Origin: the human T2T-CHM13v2.0 reference genome, Homo sapiens
Assembly: GCF_009914755.1 (NCBI RefSeq)
Contig: NC_060931.1
DNA length: 64,000 nt
Strand: one strand, 5' to 3'
How positions within the stretch are numbered: the first letter of the stretch is position 1; each line of letters opens with the position of its first letter. Positions 1 through 12,753 of the stretch are shown one piece after another. The position numbers were made by a program, and so were the translations under genes. A model generated the notes under the pieces. It was not told where the DNA came from. It was given only the letters and a program-made list of their open reading frames with translations, and did not search any database.

Positions 1-509
1 CTCATCCCATCATCCCTCTGGAACCAATCCATTTGCTACCCAGGATAGAATTTAAGGTACTTTAAGTATCTAATCGCAAGTAAGCCTTACTGCTGTCCAC
101 TCTGGTCTGTGGGCCATGAGTCTGTATCCTTTAATAAATTCCTGCTTCACACAGTAAGAACTGTGCTTTCCTATCCCAATCTCTGCCTAATAGCCCAACC
201 TAAATGCGTTCCAGCAGCCCCAGCCCCATGCCTGGCCTCCAGTATTTCCAACACTCAAGGCTCAGCTTATGCATCACAGTCCTTCAACCTGGGTCTTGTC
301 AAGATGTGGCTGTATCTTCCTAAAAATCCCTGCCTAGCCAGGAGGGTGGCAGCCTGCCACCAAATAACCTCACTGTGAAAATCTGCCCAAATGCCAGTGT
401 TAATATTGACAAAATTGGCCTAGACTGATGCTACTTAAGCATTTTTCTGTATTAATGATATATGCATGTACTTTGTATTTCACTGAATCCAGAGAATTTT
501 TATCTGGGT

Positions 510-672
510 TTAGTTAGCCTTAAACAGCTACACTAACTTCTCTGTGTCTTGGTTTTCTAACCCGTGAAAGGCAATAATATTAGGATCCACCACAGAGGTT
601 ACTGTGATAATTTTTATATATTAGCAACTTAGAGAACTGTCTGGTAGATAACACATGCTTATGTAAATGTTA
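510..672 (+). mobile_element. MIR SINE fragment
   Basis: Degenerate MIR core (aacttctctgtgtcttggttttctaacccgtgaaaggcaataata...agaggttactgtga); boundaries approximate. Confidence 0.6.
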
Positions 673-683
673 TTGTTTGTATT

Positions 684-1118
684 TGTGGGGGAAAAGGAAA
701 GATTAACAAGAGGAAAGCATACACATTTATTTAACATAAGTTTTATGTGACATGAGGGCCTTTGAAAATGAAAACCCAAAGATACAAGTAGACTTGTATT
801 TTTTTATGATTAGGTTTGACGAAGAATGAACAGTTGTGCAGAAGTATATTGGGGGACAAAAAGGTATGATCTAATAGTAATAAACGGGGAAAACTTAGCA
901 AGGCCTGTCTGTTCAGATTTTCTCTGTGCTCCATGTCTTCAGAGATAAGGAAGTTACTTTCTGCCAGGTATGGGGGGGGCACCTCTCAAATGAGGGTCTC
1001 ATGACCTGCCTCAGAGGAGAAGTGTGAGGGAAAGCCAGAGAGCAACCTTCCTATGTTTGCCATTTTCTCAAATGCCAAGGTACCAGATTTGGGGGGGTAT
1101 CATGTACTGAACCTTGTT
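684..1118 (-). mobile_element. MER31-like ERV1 solo LTR
   Basis: aaagcatacacatttatttaacataagttttatgtgacatg...aaaatgaaaacccaaag and ttggggggtatcatgtactgaacc resemble the recalled MER31 consensus in reverse orientation. Confidence 0.6.
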
Positions 1119-4100
1119 ATATTATTAATACTATTACTATTGACTTCCTCTAGTGAGTAAGCTACCAGATGCATGAAGATAAAAACTGTCTGTTTCATTC
1201 TTAAAACCCCTCAAACCTACATGGTGATTTGCACATCTCAGGCTGTAAGTGATTGTCAAATAAAATTGAATTACTGAGTACTTTAAAAAGATATCTGGAA
1301 ATATCATGATAACTATGATATAGCTGTAGAAAGTAAGACCACAGAAACCAAACTGTCTTCTTAAGAACAGAAAATCACTAAAAGAGCCAGGAATGCAAGT
1401 CAGTCATAAGCCCATGCTGCTGGTTCATGGACAATCTTCATATGACACCATTTTCCTGGTGTGAGAACAGATGCATTTATTCTGACCTTACGTCATGCAA
1501 ATTTACTTATCCCTGGGCAAGGACAGGTTACGGGGTAGCTTTGGCATTGCTCATTCATTCCTGTATTTATCAGGTAACCCTGCACCAGGTCCTGCTTTAG
1601 GTGTCAGGAGACTACAGTAAATCAAACAAACCGCATTGGCTCAAAAACTGACATTTGGGAGAGCTAGACAAAACAAAATACTAGTTTATATTAAATTATG
1701 ATAAGTGTGAAGCATAATATTGAGGGGCTGCTCCATCAGATCACCTATCATGACAGTATCAGTTCCTGGCACATTTATTGGCACCCCTTTCTGGAGGCAA
1801 TGGACTGGAGGTCCCCACCACTTGGTCAATGAAGTGAAATGTATGGATTTGATGCTGAGAGGGGTTTGACATTGCTATTCTTCTATCAATCCTGGTGTAA
1901 AAAATATACACTGTATTCCATAGCCCATCTAGGGAAGAATCCTACTACCAGGCATGGACAGAAACTTAAGTGGCTCAAGAAGACCCAGCAGCTCAAAATG
2001 AGGCAGTACCCCTGGATGGGAAAGGTATACCTCCTATCCAGCCACAGGTAGAGAGACACCCGCCTATAGGTAAATGGTCCCAATCCTGACTCCATCCCAA
2101 ATATCACCACAAGATAAACAGAGTTAATTACGGTAGGGTTAAATTTCTTTTCGCAGATAGAAGATAGGTTACATTAGATGATGTGCTCTAAATTCCCAGA
2201 GATTATTTTACAGGAAAAGAAAATTTTTACAGCTATCAACTTCACTTTAAGGTTTTCGAGGGCCCTTCAAGATTTTATGTCCTCTCACAAATGCCACAAG
2301 CACAAATAAATATTGCTCTTTAAAACAAATTAATGTCAACCTGAGTATAAATGAGTCAGACCTATGAGTCTCCAAGCATTATGTTTCATTACCCTGCCAA
2401 AACCAAGCCTTTCTAGACTAGTCTTAAGGCTCTGGTTCTGTGAATAGGCCTGCTGAAGAAATATTTCACCTAATAACATCAACTGTCTTAAGATTCACTT
2501 TGGATAAATTGCTTTTTCTTATAGCAACTGAATGAAAAAAAAAACTGAACTAACAAGAGAAACACGAAAAACCACAGAATCAATCAATAATGCTTCCCTG
2601 TCCCCAATTATTACATTAAACTGCATTAAGAGCCTGGCCAGCTATTGGTCCATGCTTCATAATCCTTCATGTTTCTTCCAAATAATCACACTCTTCAAAG
2701 TAAGATATTCCTATATAATCATGATGCTTGATCAACTTGCCTTATCAAATGACTTGCAAAAAATATCTATACCTCTGCTCTGGGAAAGCCCCTGTGAGAA
2801 ATAACATATTGAATAGTTTAGATTCAAATCACTGCCCTGATTTAAGCCCTATGGAAAAAATAATACTAGAGTAAATAATATTGAGTGCTACCCACAACCC
2901 CATATATCAAAGACTGTCAAGGACATTTAGTATTGAAGGCCATTCCAGTACTAAGCCCCAGGAGATTTACAAGAGGTCGGGGTGATTAGGTCTCCTTAAT
3001 TAGAATGTAAATTTATTTATTGATTTATTGTATCAGACAGATCAATTAGTAGCTACCAATTTTTTTAACATGTTCATTTTCTATTTCAATGATAGATATC
3101 AATTAAATATTAATCAGAATCTCCCACCTCACCTGTAGTTTCAATGTTCTGAGCTCAAGTTAAGCATGACAGGGACATTCTATGTTCCAATTTTATTCCA
3201 TCCTGGCTTCAAAGTTTTGGAAACAGAATACCTCACACTACACGAATAAAATTTGCAACAAACTGCTAACTGAGGCAAAATAGTATTCATTTGTGTGTAG
3301 GTATATGTCACGCGTGTACCCTCAGGCCAGCTCTGTAACCCCACGAAGACCCAAGTGATTTCTCCTTCATCCCAGAGCAAAGAGGGAGAAAGAGCTGCTT
3401 AGCTGTGCACGTTGAGGAGGTGATCTGGAAATCTGCTTGTTCCTCTGAAGACTATGAACCATTCGTTCAGAGCTTCCTCAGGCCTCCAGCTCCTGAGTCT
3501 TTCTGCTGTTCTGCAGCACAAATGAGCTTCCCTCTTGCTGCATTCCTTCTCTGTAGGCTTTCTGCTTTTATAGTCTGCTAAGTCAGTTACTAGTCCATAT
3601 CATTTCCAGCTTTCAATTTTTTGTTGACATCTATTTTCTTCTGTCATTTCTGCTTCCCTTTTGTTCTTGTGCATTTATACCTTCGTCATTGCCTTGCTGT
3701 CACATAAAACGGTTTCATGAAAGAGTAGAGGAAAATCCATGTATTTAATCTGCCCTGCGTAGCCAGAAGCCTCTACTATACTATGTGATACCACTCCACT
3801 CCAAGCTAAATCTATCTGAGCCAAGATGGCTAAGTTCCCTGGTGGGACAGACTAATGTAAAACAAACTGAATGGCATTGCTTTTCTTCTTTCCTGTTTCT
3901 TCATTGCCATGGATCAGGTTACGTGCAAATAATAATAATAATCAGCAATGCTATAAATAAATCATATTAAGGCAGGGCTTACAGATAAATCCCAAAGTTC
4001 AAATGTAAGTATCTTGCCAATTGTTTACTAACTTGTCAAGATATTAAAAATAGAAAACTAACACTCAAGACAACAGAAATAGTTGAGCCATGGTGCCAGG

Positions 4101-4159
4101 GCATAACCCAAGAACTCGGACTAGACAGTACAAGCATATCAAATAAATATTTAGCTTAG

Positions 4160-4412
4160 GTATCAGAGCACTGTCATTAAGAGCACAGGGCCAGGAACCA
4201 GGCTGCCTGGGTTCAAATACCACCTCTGCCACTGACGAGATGCATAACTTTAGACAAGTTACTTAACCTCGATGTGTCTCAGTTACTGTATCTGAAAATG
4301 GGAGTGATAATAATAAGAAAGCCTCATATGGTGGTATGAGGAGTAAACAAATTAAAACTTGTTAAGTACTTAGAATACCCTCTGACACATAGTAACTACT
4401 ACACAAGTATTG
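4160..4412 (+). mobile_element. MIR SINE
   Basis: ctgggttcaaataccacctctgccact...gacaagttacttaacctc...tctgaaaatggg. Confidence 0.8.
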
Positions 4413-6019
4413 AGAAAGGTAGTTGAGGAAATGAATAAGTGAAAATAATATGGATTCTTCTGGTCAAGAGAGAAAAAAAAGACCCTAACCTCAAGCCACC
4501 ATTTTAAACTAGAACTTAACCTGTATTACCCTTAAAAAAACGAGGGCAAACCAACACGTAAAAAGAAACCAAAAAAGCAAGATCTTCACTTTTGAGCTTC
4601 CAGGAAATCAGGCCTCAAGATTTATAAACACTGTGTCTTAATGGGAATTTTTCAGCTGCACCAGGCTTTACCTTAAATGCTTGCCTAGGGGAAAATCCAG
4701 TCCACCTGTTAGAGGCTGGCCCTGCAAGGGTAAGTGTTGAAACCCCAGGTTGCTTGGTGACATCTGGGCATCCACGCCTGTGGTGCTCCCAACCTACCCT
4801 CCACTTGGCAGGTGTAGGTTGCGTTTTCTGGCTCCTCTGAGCAGCCTCATTGCCTGGGAGCCAGGCTGTGCTGCACTCTCCCTGCCTGTCTTAAGGAAGA
4901 TTCCTGTGAAGCCCCTAAATCTGCACTCATGCTCATCCTCTCCACTATTCCTCTTCCCTTTTCTACCCCTATTTCTTAGGTGGAATCTGCCTGAAAAGCC
5001 CAAAGCCTGACCTGGAGATCAACCAATCTTCTGGGCATCCATTCAGACAAGGGCTAGGGTTGGCAGCCTGTGGGCTCAACGTCCTACCCATACACTGAGT
5101 CCCTGCTTCCCTTTAACTCCCTGGTACTAGTACTGTCTCCTGTTTGCTACCAGTATACCATAGGACAGGAGTCAATCCTAACCATCTGGACACACAGATA
5201 TCTCCAGGATGCTCCCCAAAAGTTTCCTTGACATCTTGTCTCTTTTTCCCCTCCCCCTAAATCTACACTATTCTGGACATCCATTCTGCTCCTGTCTCTC
5301 CAGCAAAGCCACCCTCCTCAGAACCAGCTGCTCCCTGCAACCTCCAATCCCTGGGCAGAGGAGACATATGCTCTTCATGGGGTGAGGTTGGGGTGGCCTG
5401 GGGAGAACTCTCCTAAGATAGTAAAAGACAGAAAAAGCCAAAGGAGACTGATCTCAGGGTATAGCCACCTTGTTAAGTCTTTTTTTTATCACCATTTTTA
5501 TTAAGAAATATTTTACACATATAATATGAAAATCTATGGAGTTGTAAAAAATAATAAAATTATCACATGTTCCTACAAGCCAGCTTAAGAAATAGGATAC
5601 ACAAATAATTAATTAAAAGATCCTTTCCCAATTGTATACTCCCCTGGCTCCCTCGAAGTTGATCACTGTCCTTGATTAGCTCTTATTGAGCCCAACGTGA
5701 GGAAAACAGCATGGCCTCTCCAGAAAATGTGGTATGACTATTTTCTGATTCCAGCTATTCATCCTATTTTCCTTTACATCCTGTCCACCAGAAAACTCGT
5801 AGTCAAGTCTCCATCCTAACAGTTTAACCCTTCTAATATGCCTGATTTCTTACCACCATTCATTCTATTAACCCTTATGTGCATGTATATCCATGACTGA
5901 GTTTTCAGTAGAAGAGGGAATCACTCAAGGAATCAAAGCCATTCAGAAATGCTCCCTCAAAGCCTAAAGCAAACTCAGGCTACTGAAAAATCAATGTCCA
6001 AATGATAAGGTAGGTTGAC

Positions 6020-6576
6020 TCTCATCTGGCACCTACTCTAACCCTTGTCTGGTGCATCTTTAGGATGGCACAGGCTAGAAAACATAAAGTACACTTTCTA
6101 TCCATTCTTGAAACTAGAGTTCTAGATGTGACTTAGTTTCCTCCAAGCAGTCATTATTGCATAATACTTGAATTCAAAACTGAGTTAAGAGGAGATAGAA
6201 CAGGTCTCATGCAGATTGTTTGGGAGTGAGAGAGATGGGCATGAACACAGCGGACACTGTGCATTCTTGTAGTTAGCGATTCTGAAAGGAGTTTCTAGTC
6301 TGTAGAGAGTAAGTAAATGATGCGATCCTAAGGTCAGAAGTTGGGACACTGGCTCCCCAATTTCTCACCTTCCAGGATGCGGCAGGGGGAGACATTCCCT
6401 TAATGGTCAGTTCTATATGGTGTTATTTCAGGATTCATTCCTGGAAACCAAGTCAAGAACCTTCTCCTCCAGTTCTTCCAGTGATTTTGTAAACATTTAA
6501 CTCCTCATATCAAATCATCTCCTGCTGAAAATAACCAAAGGGTTTACTGCTGTTGGCAATTTAATTCTGGCTAATA
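6020..6576 (+). mobile_element. LTR33-like ERVL LTR
   Basis: ctagagttctagatgtgacttagtttc and 3' end aaatcatctcctgctgaaaataacc...ctggctaata resemble LTR33; boundaries approximate. Confidence 0.5.
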
Positions 6577-6779
6577 TGTGGAATAGAGAGAGAGAAGTTG
6601 ACAGAGTAAAGCTTGATAATAAAAAAACACCAGCTCATGCTTTTATCAAGAAAATAAGGCATAACCAGATATCTATTTTTAAATAAAATTGCTTACTTTT
6701 AATTTTATATAATGCTTTTACTGTTATTAATAACTTTTTTTAGCATGGCCATGTTATCAATTATCAATAATAATAAAAC

Positions 6780-7020
6780 ATAATTATTTGCAGAACATTG
6801 ATGTTGTATCAAGCACTACATAAGTATTTTATACACTTAGCTCATTTAAGCCTTACAAGTCTATGAGATACGTATTTGTATCCATTCTATAGGTGAGAAA
6901 ATTAGAGTTAAGAGAGGTTAATTAGTAATTTTCCAAGGTCAAACAGCTGATAGGTGGTAGAGATAAAATCCGAAACCTGTCAGCCTCCAAAACTCACCTC
7001 TTAAACTCTTTATTATACTA
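6780..7020 (-). mobile_element. MIR SINE
   Basis: ctcatttaagccttacaag...tccattctataggtgagaaaattagag...ttccaaggtcaaacagct. Confidence 0.75.
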
Positions 7021-8189
7021 TCTCTGTAAGCTTATGAAATTCACGGCATGAAGAATGAAAAAGGAGTCTGCCTTGATAATATCCGACTCTTCTTTAAGTA
7101 TCCTCTTGTGTGATATCCTTGGCCCCTCTTACAAATTCTTCAGATTGTTTTGTGTAGACTCTATTTAACAATCTTCAGGAAATACTTTGGAAACACTAAT
7201 GGAATTGAACTGTTAAAATATAAAATCTCATTGCCCCTAGCAAGAATTCTCTCTAAAATTAGAGCCAGGTTTTGCTTATAATTTAACAGTCTTTTCCCCA
7301 TCATTTGCATAGTGATAGAGCTTTTATAGTTTTAATTCTGAATTTATATTCCAGAAATGTCAATCTGGAGGCTGTAATCCTACTAACTTTTCTGCATGCC
7401 TATTTTTCTGAATATGTATAAATGTTTATTTTCTTTAAGCAGCACATTTCAGAGGTAAAATGTATTTGGAAGACTTTAATCTATGCACAAGCCATCATTA
7501 AACTTCCCTGGCATATCTTTCTCTTACAGTTAACCAAATTACATTTGGGTATTTGAAGCAAATGAGGATATAACAAAGTGATTTGGGTGGACAAAATGTA
7601 TGAACTGCATCCTGTTTATGCAACATTTTTACAATTGTATAAGCTGACAGCTATGCTTAGAGAAACAGTGGAAGAAACAAAATCGTTCACTCAGTGGTTT
7701 ATAAGAAAAAGAAAAAAATGTCAATTTTCAAGATAAAAGTGTGGAGTCAAGAATGAATTTTATTTTTTTTAAAAATTCTCATTACAAAGTCCTTGAAAGA
7801 ATGTCAAGAACAACACAGTTTATGACTATTGGGAAAGTGGATCTCCTCTTAGAATTGGAAGCCTCTATCCTTTCTTTCTGCGTCTCTCTATATAAAGATG
7901 TTTCTGTCAGCTTGGGTGCATTTTCATCAAATTTGGAGTATGCATTTGGGAAGCTAGGACTAAACATAGAGCAGTGACATATGTTGAATCAACTTGGGCA
8001 GGGAGAGCTGGGGGGACTCCGAGTGGCTGATGCTGAAACACTGCAGGGAGGCCTCTAACCAGAGAAAACATACAGAGGTCTTCATTGAGGGCTCCAGAAT
8101 CAATCATTCCAATGGCAGATACTCTAAACTGCTCTTCTGATTTTGGACTGAGTTGCTTCTCACCTGGACCACACAACATAACTCAGATG

Positions 8190-8393
8190 CACTGATTTTC
8201 AACCCCAGCTGCATGTTAGAATCACTTGGAGAACTTTTAAAGACTGTGGGTGCCCAGGTCCCAGCCAGACTAGATCAACTGGAACCTGGGGGTGGGAGGT
8301 GGGAGGAGGACAGGACAAGTGGCCCCAAGACACCTGCATTTTTAAAAGCTCCCCAGGTGAGTCTAAGGTATAGCCAGAGTTGAAAACCACTGG
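8190..8393. mobile_element. MER5A-like hAT-Charlie DNA element
   Basis: ctgcatgttagaatcacttggaga...gcattttt aaaagctccccaggtga...gttgaaaaccactg. Confidence 0.75.
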
Positions 8394-8620
8394 TTCAGGG
8401 TGAATAGCAGCTGGAATTTATATAATCATGGTTAATGATTCTCTTATGAGTAACATGGAGGAGGCCAGCTAGTATTATACAAAGTTAAAATGACATTTTG
8501 CTTAGGAATAATTGGAAATATTTTTTGTCAAGTGTTTATGTCTGTGTCTGACAACACACTTACAAGAAAGCTTAGACACTGAAAAGTTAGAAGCCTATGG
8601 GAGCTCAGAAGTGAGATTTG

Positions 8621-8772
8621 GGTTGTGCACCGTGGCTCATGCCTATAATCCCATGTTGGAGAGGCAGACATGGGAGGATTGCCTGAGCCCAGGAGTTTGA
8701 GACCACCCTGGGCAACAAAGTGAGACCTGATTTCTAAATTAAATAATAATAATAAATTTTTAACATAATAAA
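8621..8772 (+). mobile_element. FLAM_C-like Alu monomer
   Basis: Single Alu arm (ggaggattgcctgagcccaggagtttgagacc) with A-rich tail; TSD agaagtgRgatttg at 8607-8620 and 8773-8786. Confidence 0.85.
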
Positions 8773-9079
8773 AGAAGTGGGATTTGCTCTCAGCAGAGCC
8801 AAGCTCAGCTATATCCAAGTCCTCTGCTTATACAAAGATATCCTCTAGACATAGGTGTTATAATTTCTACTTCCTAAGATGAACTTTTTTTCTATTCAGC
8901 TTTTTTCTATTCAAGATCTCATTCCTGTGTAGCTCTGGTTTGAAACCAATAGAAACTTGAGTTTTAAAATCCTGATGTGAGGTTTCTATCATTTTGGCTA
9001 GCACTGTTCATTTAGAGTAACTTAACTTCAGTAGAGGAGGATAAATTAGGATCTCCCAAAAAACTTTAAAGGGACCTGC

Positions 9080-9299
9080 TCTTTTTTTAAGAGTTTTTCC
9101 TAAGCATCCTGTATGGATTTCCTTCATTCTCTTTAAGACTGAATGGAATTTTACTGTATATATGATCTAGTGTCTTCCCTCATACCTCACACAGGACAGA
9201 CAATCAATATTTGTTGACTTAACAAATTAAATATTTAACTATTCTCCCAAATGATGGGTAGGGGCATCTGGTTGACAATAACAGACATATTCAAGGAAA
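9080..9299 (+). repeat. Left arm of 220-bp inverted duplication
   Basis: Reverse complement of 10196-10416; about 21 differences over 220 bp by manual alignment (about 90%); 54-bp perfect core at 9195-9248. Confidence 0.95.
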
Positions 9300-9480
9300 T
9301 AATTTGTAGCAAAGCTGAGTAGAAGATTCCTCTGAGCTGACAAGCATTTCCCATGTCTCCCATGCAATCAGCTTTGAATTCCAACTTCAGGGACAGAAGG
9401 CACTTGCTTGTTGCCTTATAGGCATCATGACTGGCACAAATAAATCTCTTCCTTGCAGCATTTTAGACAAGTGTGATCAA

Positions 9481-9593
9481 CCAATCAATGAAAGCTACAG
9501 GCACCTGTTTTCTCGAAAGAGCCTTTTCTTTCCAACGTCATTTCCTCCAGCAGCTGCTCCTTCCTTTTGGGAACCCCCGAGTTTATATATAAG
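9481..9593 (+). promoter_or_regulatory. Candidate promoter/enhancer module (CCAAT, CRE half-site/ETS, E-box, NF-kB-like, TATA)
   Basis: ccaat 9481-9485; acgtcatttcc 9535-9545; cagctg 9551-9556; gggaaccccc 9569-9578; tttatatataag 9582-9593. Motif matches only. Confidence 0.3.
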
Positions 9594-9862
9594 CAGGGTT
9601 CAGAAGGAAGACAACGTTTTACTCGATGCCTCTCTCATTCAAGTAAATGGGCACTGGCCCATGCTCTGTTCTGCTGCTGGAACCAACTGGAGAGTCCAAA
9701 GCATCACATTTTTCCCAGAGGGAAAACTGATGGAAAAAAAAGATGGAACTTCAATGTTCAATCAATCCCAACCAATCAAGAAGCTTTCAATGCTGCTTCA
9801 TTTACATAAAAGTAGAGCTAACAGCCAAAAAGCAGTCTTTAATTCAGGTATCAATGTATAAT

Positions 9863-9900
9863 TCTCAAATATATGGCTCAATCTCAAATATATGGCTCAA
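9863..9900. repeat. Perfect 19-bp tandem duplication
   Basis: tctcaaatatatggctcaa x2. Confidence 0.95.
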
Positions 9901-9969
9901 CCTGCCAGAGTTATAGAAATGACCTGGTAGAAAATGTATTCCTATCCTTGAAGGAGCTAAAAGTAGACA

Positions 9970-9973
<4 letters not shown>

Positions 9974-10024
<51 letters not shown>

Positions 10025-10060
10025 ATGCGCATGAGTGTGTGTGAGAGAGAGATGAGAGAG
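9974..10060. repeat. (TG)25 microsatellite with compound TG/GA tail
   Basis: Uninterrupted TG run at 9974-10023, then catgcgcatg, short (GT)n and (GA)n. Confidence 0.97.
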
Positions 10061-10195
10061 ACAGATTCATCACTATCAAGATAAGAGCTGAAGAATTTCT
10101 TTAAACAGAGCCCCCACTGTTAAGTGGACTCCAAAGGATAAAGGTTTCTCTCACTGACTTGAACCTCATTATTAATTATATTTATTATTAGTTCC

Positions 10196-10416
10196 TTTCC
10201 TTGAATATGTCTGTTATCATCAGCCAGATGCCCCTACCCATCAGTGGGGAGAATAGTTAAATATTTAATTTGTTAAGTCAACAAATATTGATTGTCTGTC
10301 ATATGTGAGGCACTAGGGAAGGCAGTGGTTCACACATACAATAAAGTTCCATTCAGTCTTTAAAGAGAATGAAGGAAATTGATACAGGATGCTTAGGAAA
10401 AACTCTTAAAAAAAGA
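10196..10416 (-). repeat. Right arm of 220-bp inverted duplication
   Basis: Reverse complement of 9080-9299. Confidence 0.95.
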
Positions 10417-11828
10417 AAAGATGTCCAATGTGTATAGTATCTTGCATTTGTGTTTTAAAAAGTATTTACATTTATATTTATATGTTCACATAATTACATC
10501 GAAATCTTTTGGTGCTATACACAAGAAACCACTGACAAACTCTGAAGACTAGGGTGTCTCTAGGGTGGAAGGGAGACAATTTGCATCATAATGTTTGCCA
10601 TTTTTTACATGTACATTTGTTATTTTAATAAAAAATAAAATGTCTAAGTCATGAGCAGTATTTTCTAGAGTAGAAAGATTATTTACACTGAGAATGAAGA
10701 GTGATTTCAAAGAATCATGAATTTTCCTAATTTTCCCCAATTTTAAATCTTAAAACTATGAATTTTCCAATAAAATTAGTATTCATAAAATAATTAGGGG
10801 TTTGGCAAATATGCAAGTTGTGTCTGTCAGCATAGTCCACTCACCCCGATTTCCATGTATGCATATGTGCACACTCCATGTCCCGTTTTTAATCCCTTTC
10901 TCTTCCTGCCCACCCCAACCCAGCCCCACACAATCTCAAACAGTCTATGCTGTAGGACACAGGTATACCTGTGATCATACATTACAGTTTGTAAACAGAA
11001 TATTATGCTTTATATTCACAATGGATGGATAGGATATATTCTATTTACCCTACACACGTCTGTACATACACACACACACACACAATTATACACACACGCA
11101 TATTGCCTGGTATTCATGTATTTTTCAACTGTGTGTCCTGAAACGATTTTTCTTTTTCAGTGAGTCATTCATTGGCCTGTGAAATAAAATGTTTTCCTAC
11201 TCAGAGATTTGTAATGCCAATGTTCAAACCTACATAGTGTACTGTCATGAGAATTAAATAAACTGAAGCATGTGACAGTTCCTCACTCAGATCCTAGCAC
11301 AAAGCAGTCACTCAATAAATGTTTGTGGAATATAAGTGCATTAAATATGTGTTGAATGTGAACGCAAACCTATGAATATTTTAGCAAATAACCTCTAACA
11401 GATAGAACCATGTTAGAAAACTACCAGTTGGATGGCCAAATAGGAACAGCTCCGGTCTGCAGCTCCCAGCAAGACCAAGGCAGAAGGTGGGTGATTCCTG
11501 CATTTCCAGCTGAGGTACCTGGCTTATCTCACCGGGACTGGTTAGACAGCGGGTGCAGCCCATAGTGGGCCAGCAGAAGCAGGGTGGGGCATCGCCTCAC
11601 CTGGGAAAGTGCAAGGAGTCAGGGAACTCCCTCCTCTAGCCAAGGGAAGCTGCTAGGGACTGTGCTGTGAGGGACTGTGCTCTCCAGCCCAGATGCTATG
11701 CTTTTCCCATGGCTTTTGCAACGGCAGACCAGGAGATTCCTGGTCTCATGTGCCTACACCACCAGGACCCTGGATTTCAAGCACAAAACTATGTGGTCAT
11801 TTGGGCAGACACCAAGCTAGCTGCAGGA

Positions 11829-11857
11829 GTTTTTTTGTTTTGTTTTGTTTTGTTTTG
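11829..11857. repeat. (GTTTT)n microsatellite in L1 5'UTR
   Basis: gtttttttgttttgttttgttttgttttg. Confidence 0.9.
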
Positions 11858-12753
11858 TACCCCAGTGGCGCCTAGAACACCAGCAAGACAGAACCGTTCA
11901 CTCCCCTGGAAAGGGGGTTGAAGCTAGGGAGCCAAGTGTTCTCACTCAGTGGGTTCCACTTCCATGAAGCCCAGCAAGCTAAGAACCAGTGGCTTGAAAT
12001 TCTCACTGCCAGCACAGCAATCTGAAGTTGACCTGGGACGATTGAGCTTGGTGTGGGGAGGTGCATCTGCCATTACTGAGACCTGAGTAGGTGGTTTTCC
12101 CTCACAGTGTTAACTCTGACTGTGTGGAACTCACTGCAGTGTGGCAAAGGTCCTGGGGCTGGACTGCCTCTCTAAATCCTACTCACTTGGCAGGACATCT
12201 CTGAAAGAAAGGCGGCAGCCTCAGTCAGGGGCTTATAGATAAAACTCCCATCTCCCTGGGACAGAGCACTTGGGGGTAGGGGCAGTTGTGGGTGCGGCTT
12301 TTAGTGGACTTAATGTTCCTGCCTGCCGGCTCTGAAGAGAGCAGTGGATTTACCAGCACAGCCCTAGAGCTCTGCTAAGGGACAGACTGCCTCCTCAAGT
12401 GGGTCCCTGACACCCATGCCTCCTGACTGGGAGATACCTCCCAGCAGGGGTCAACAGACACCTCATACAGGAAAGCTCCAGCTGGTATCAGACAGGTGTC
12501 CCTCTGGGACAAAGCTTCCAGAGGAAGAAGCAGGCAGCAATCTTTGCTTTTCTGCAGCCTCCGCTGGTGATACCCAGGCAAACAGGGTCTGGAGTGGACC
12601 TCCAGCAAACTCCAGCAGACCTGCAGAAGAGAGTCCTGTTAGAACTAACAAACAGAAAGCAATAACATCAACATCCACAAAAAGGACACCCACAGAAAAA
12701 CCCCATCCAAAGGCCATCAGCATCAAAGATCAAAGGTATATAAATCCACGAAG

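Noticed and set aside
1740-2110. Possible retroviral internal fragment
   Set aside because: No diagnostic gag/pol motif could be read; family unassignable by eye.
3133-3237. Possible 105-bp minus-strand exon
   Set aside because: Weak acceptor; indistinguishable from background.
4690-5400. GC-richer block resembling an old LTR or promoter
   Set aside because: Few CpGs, and no termini or TSD identified; cannot support a call.
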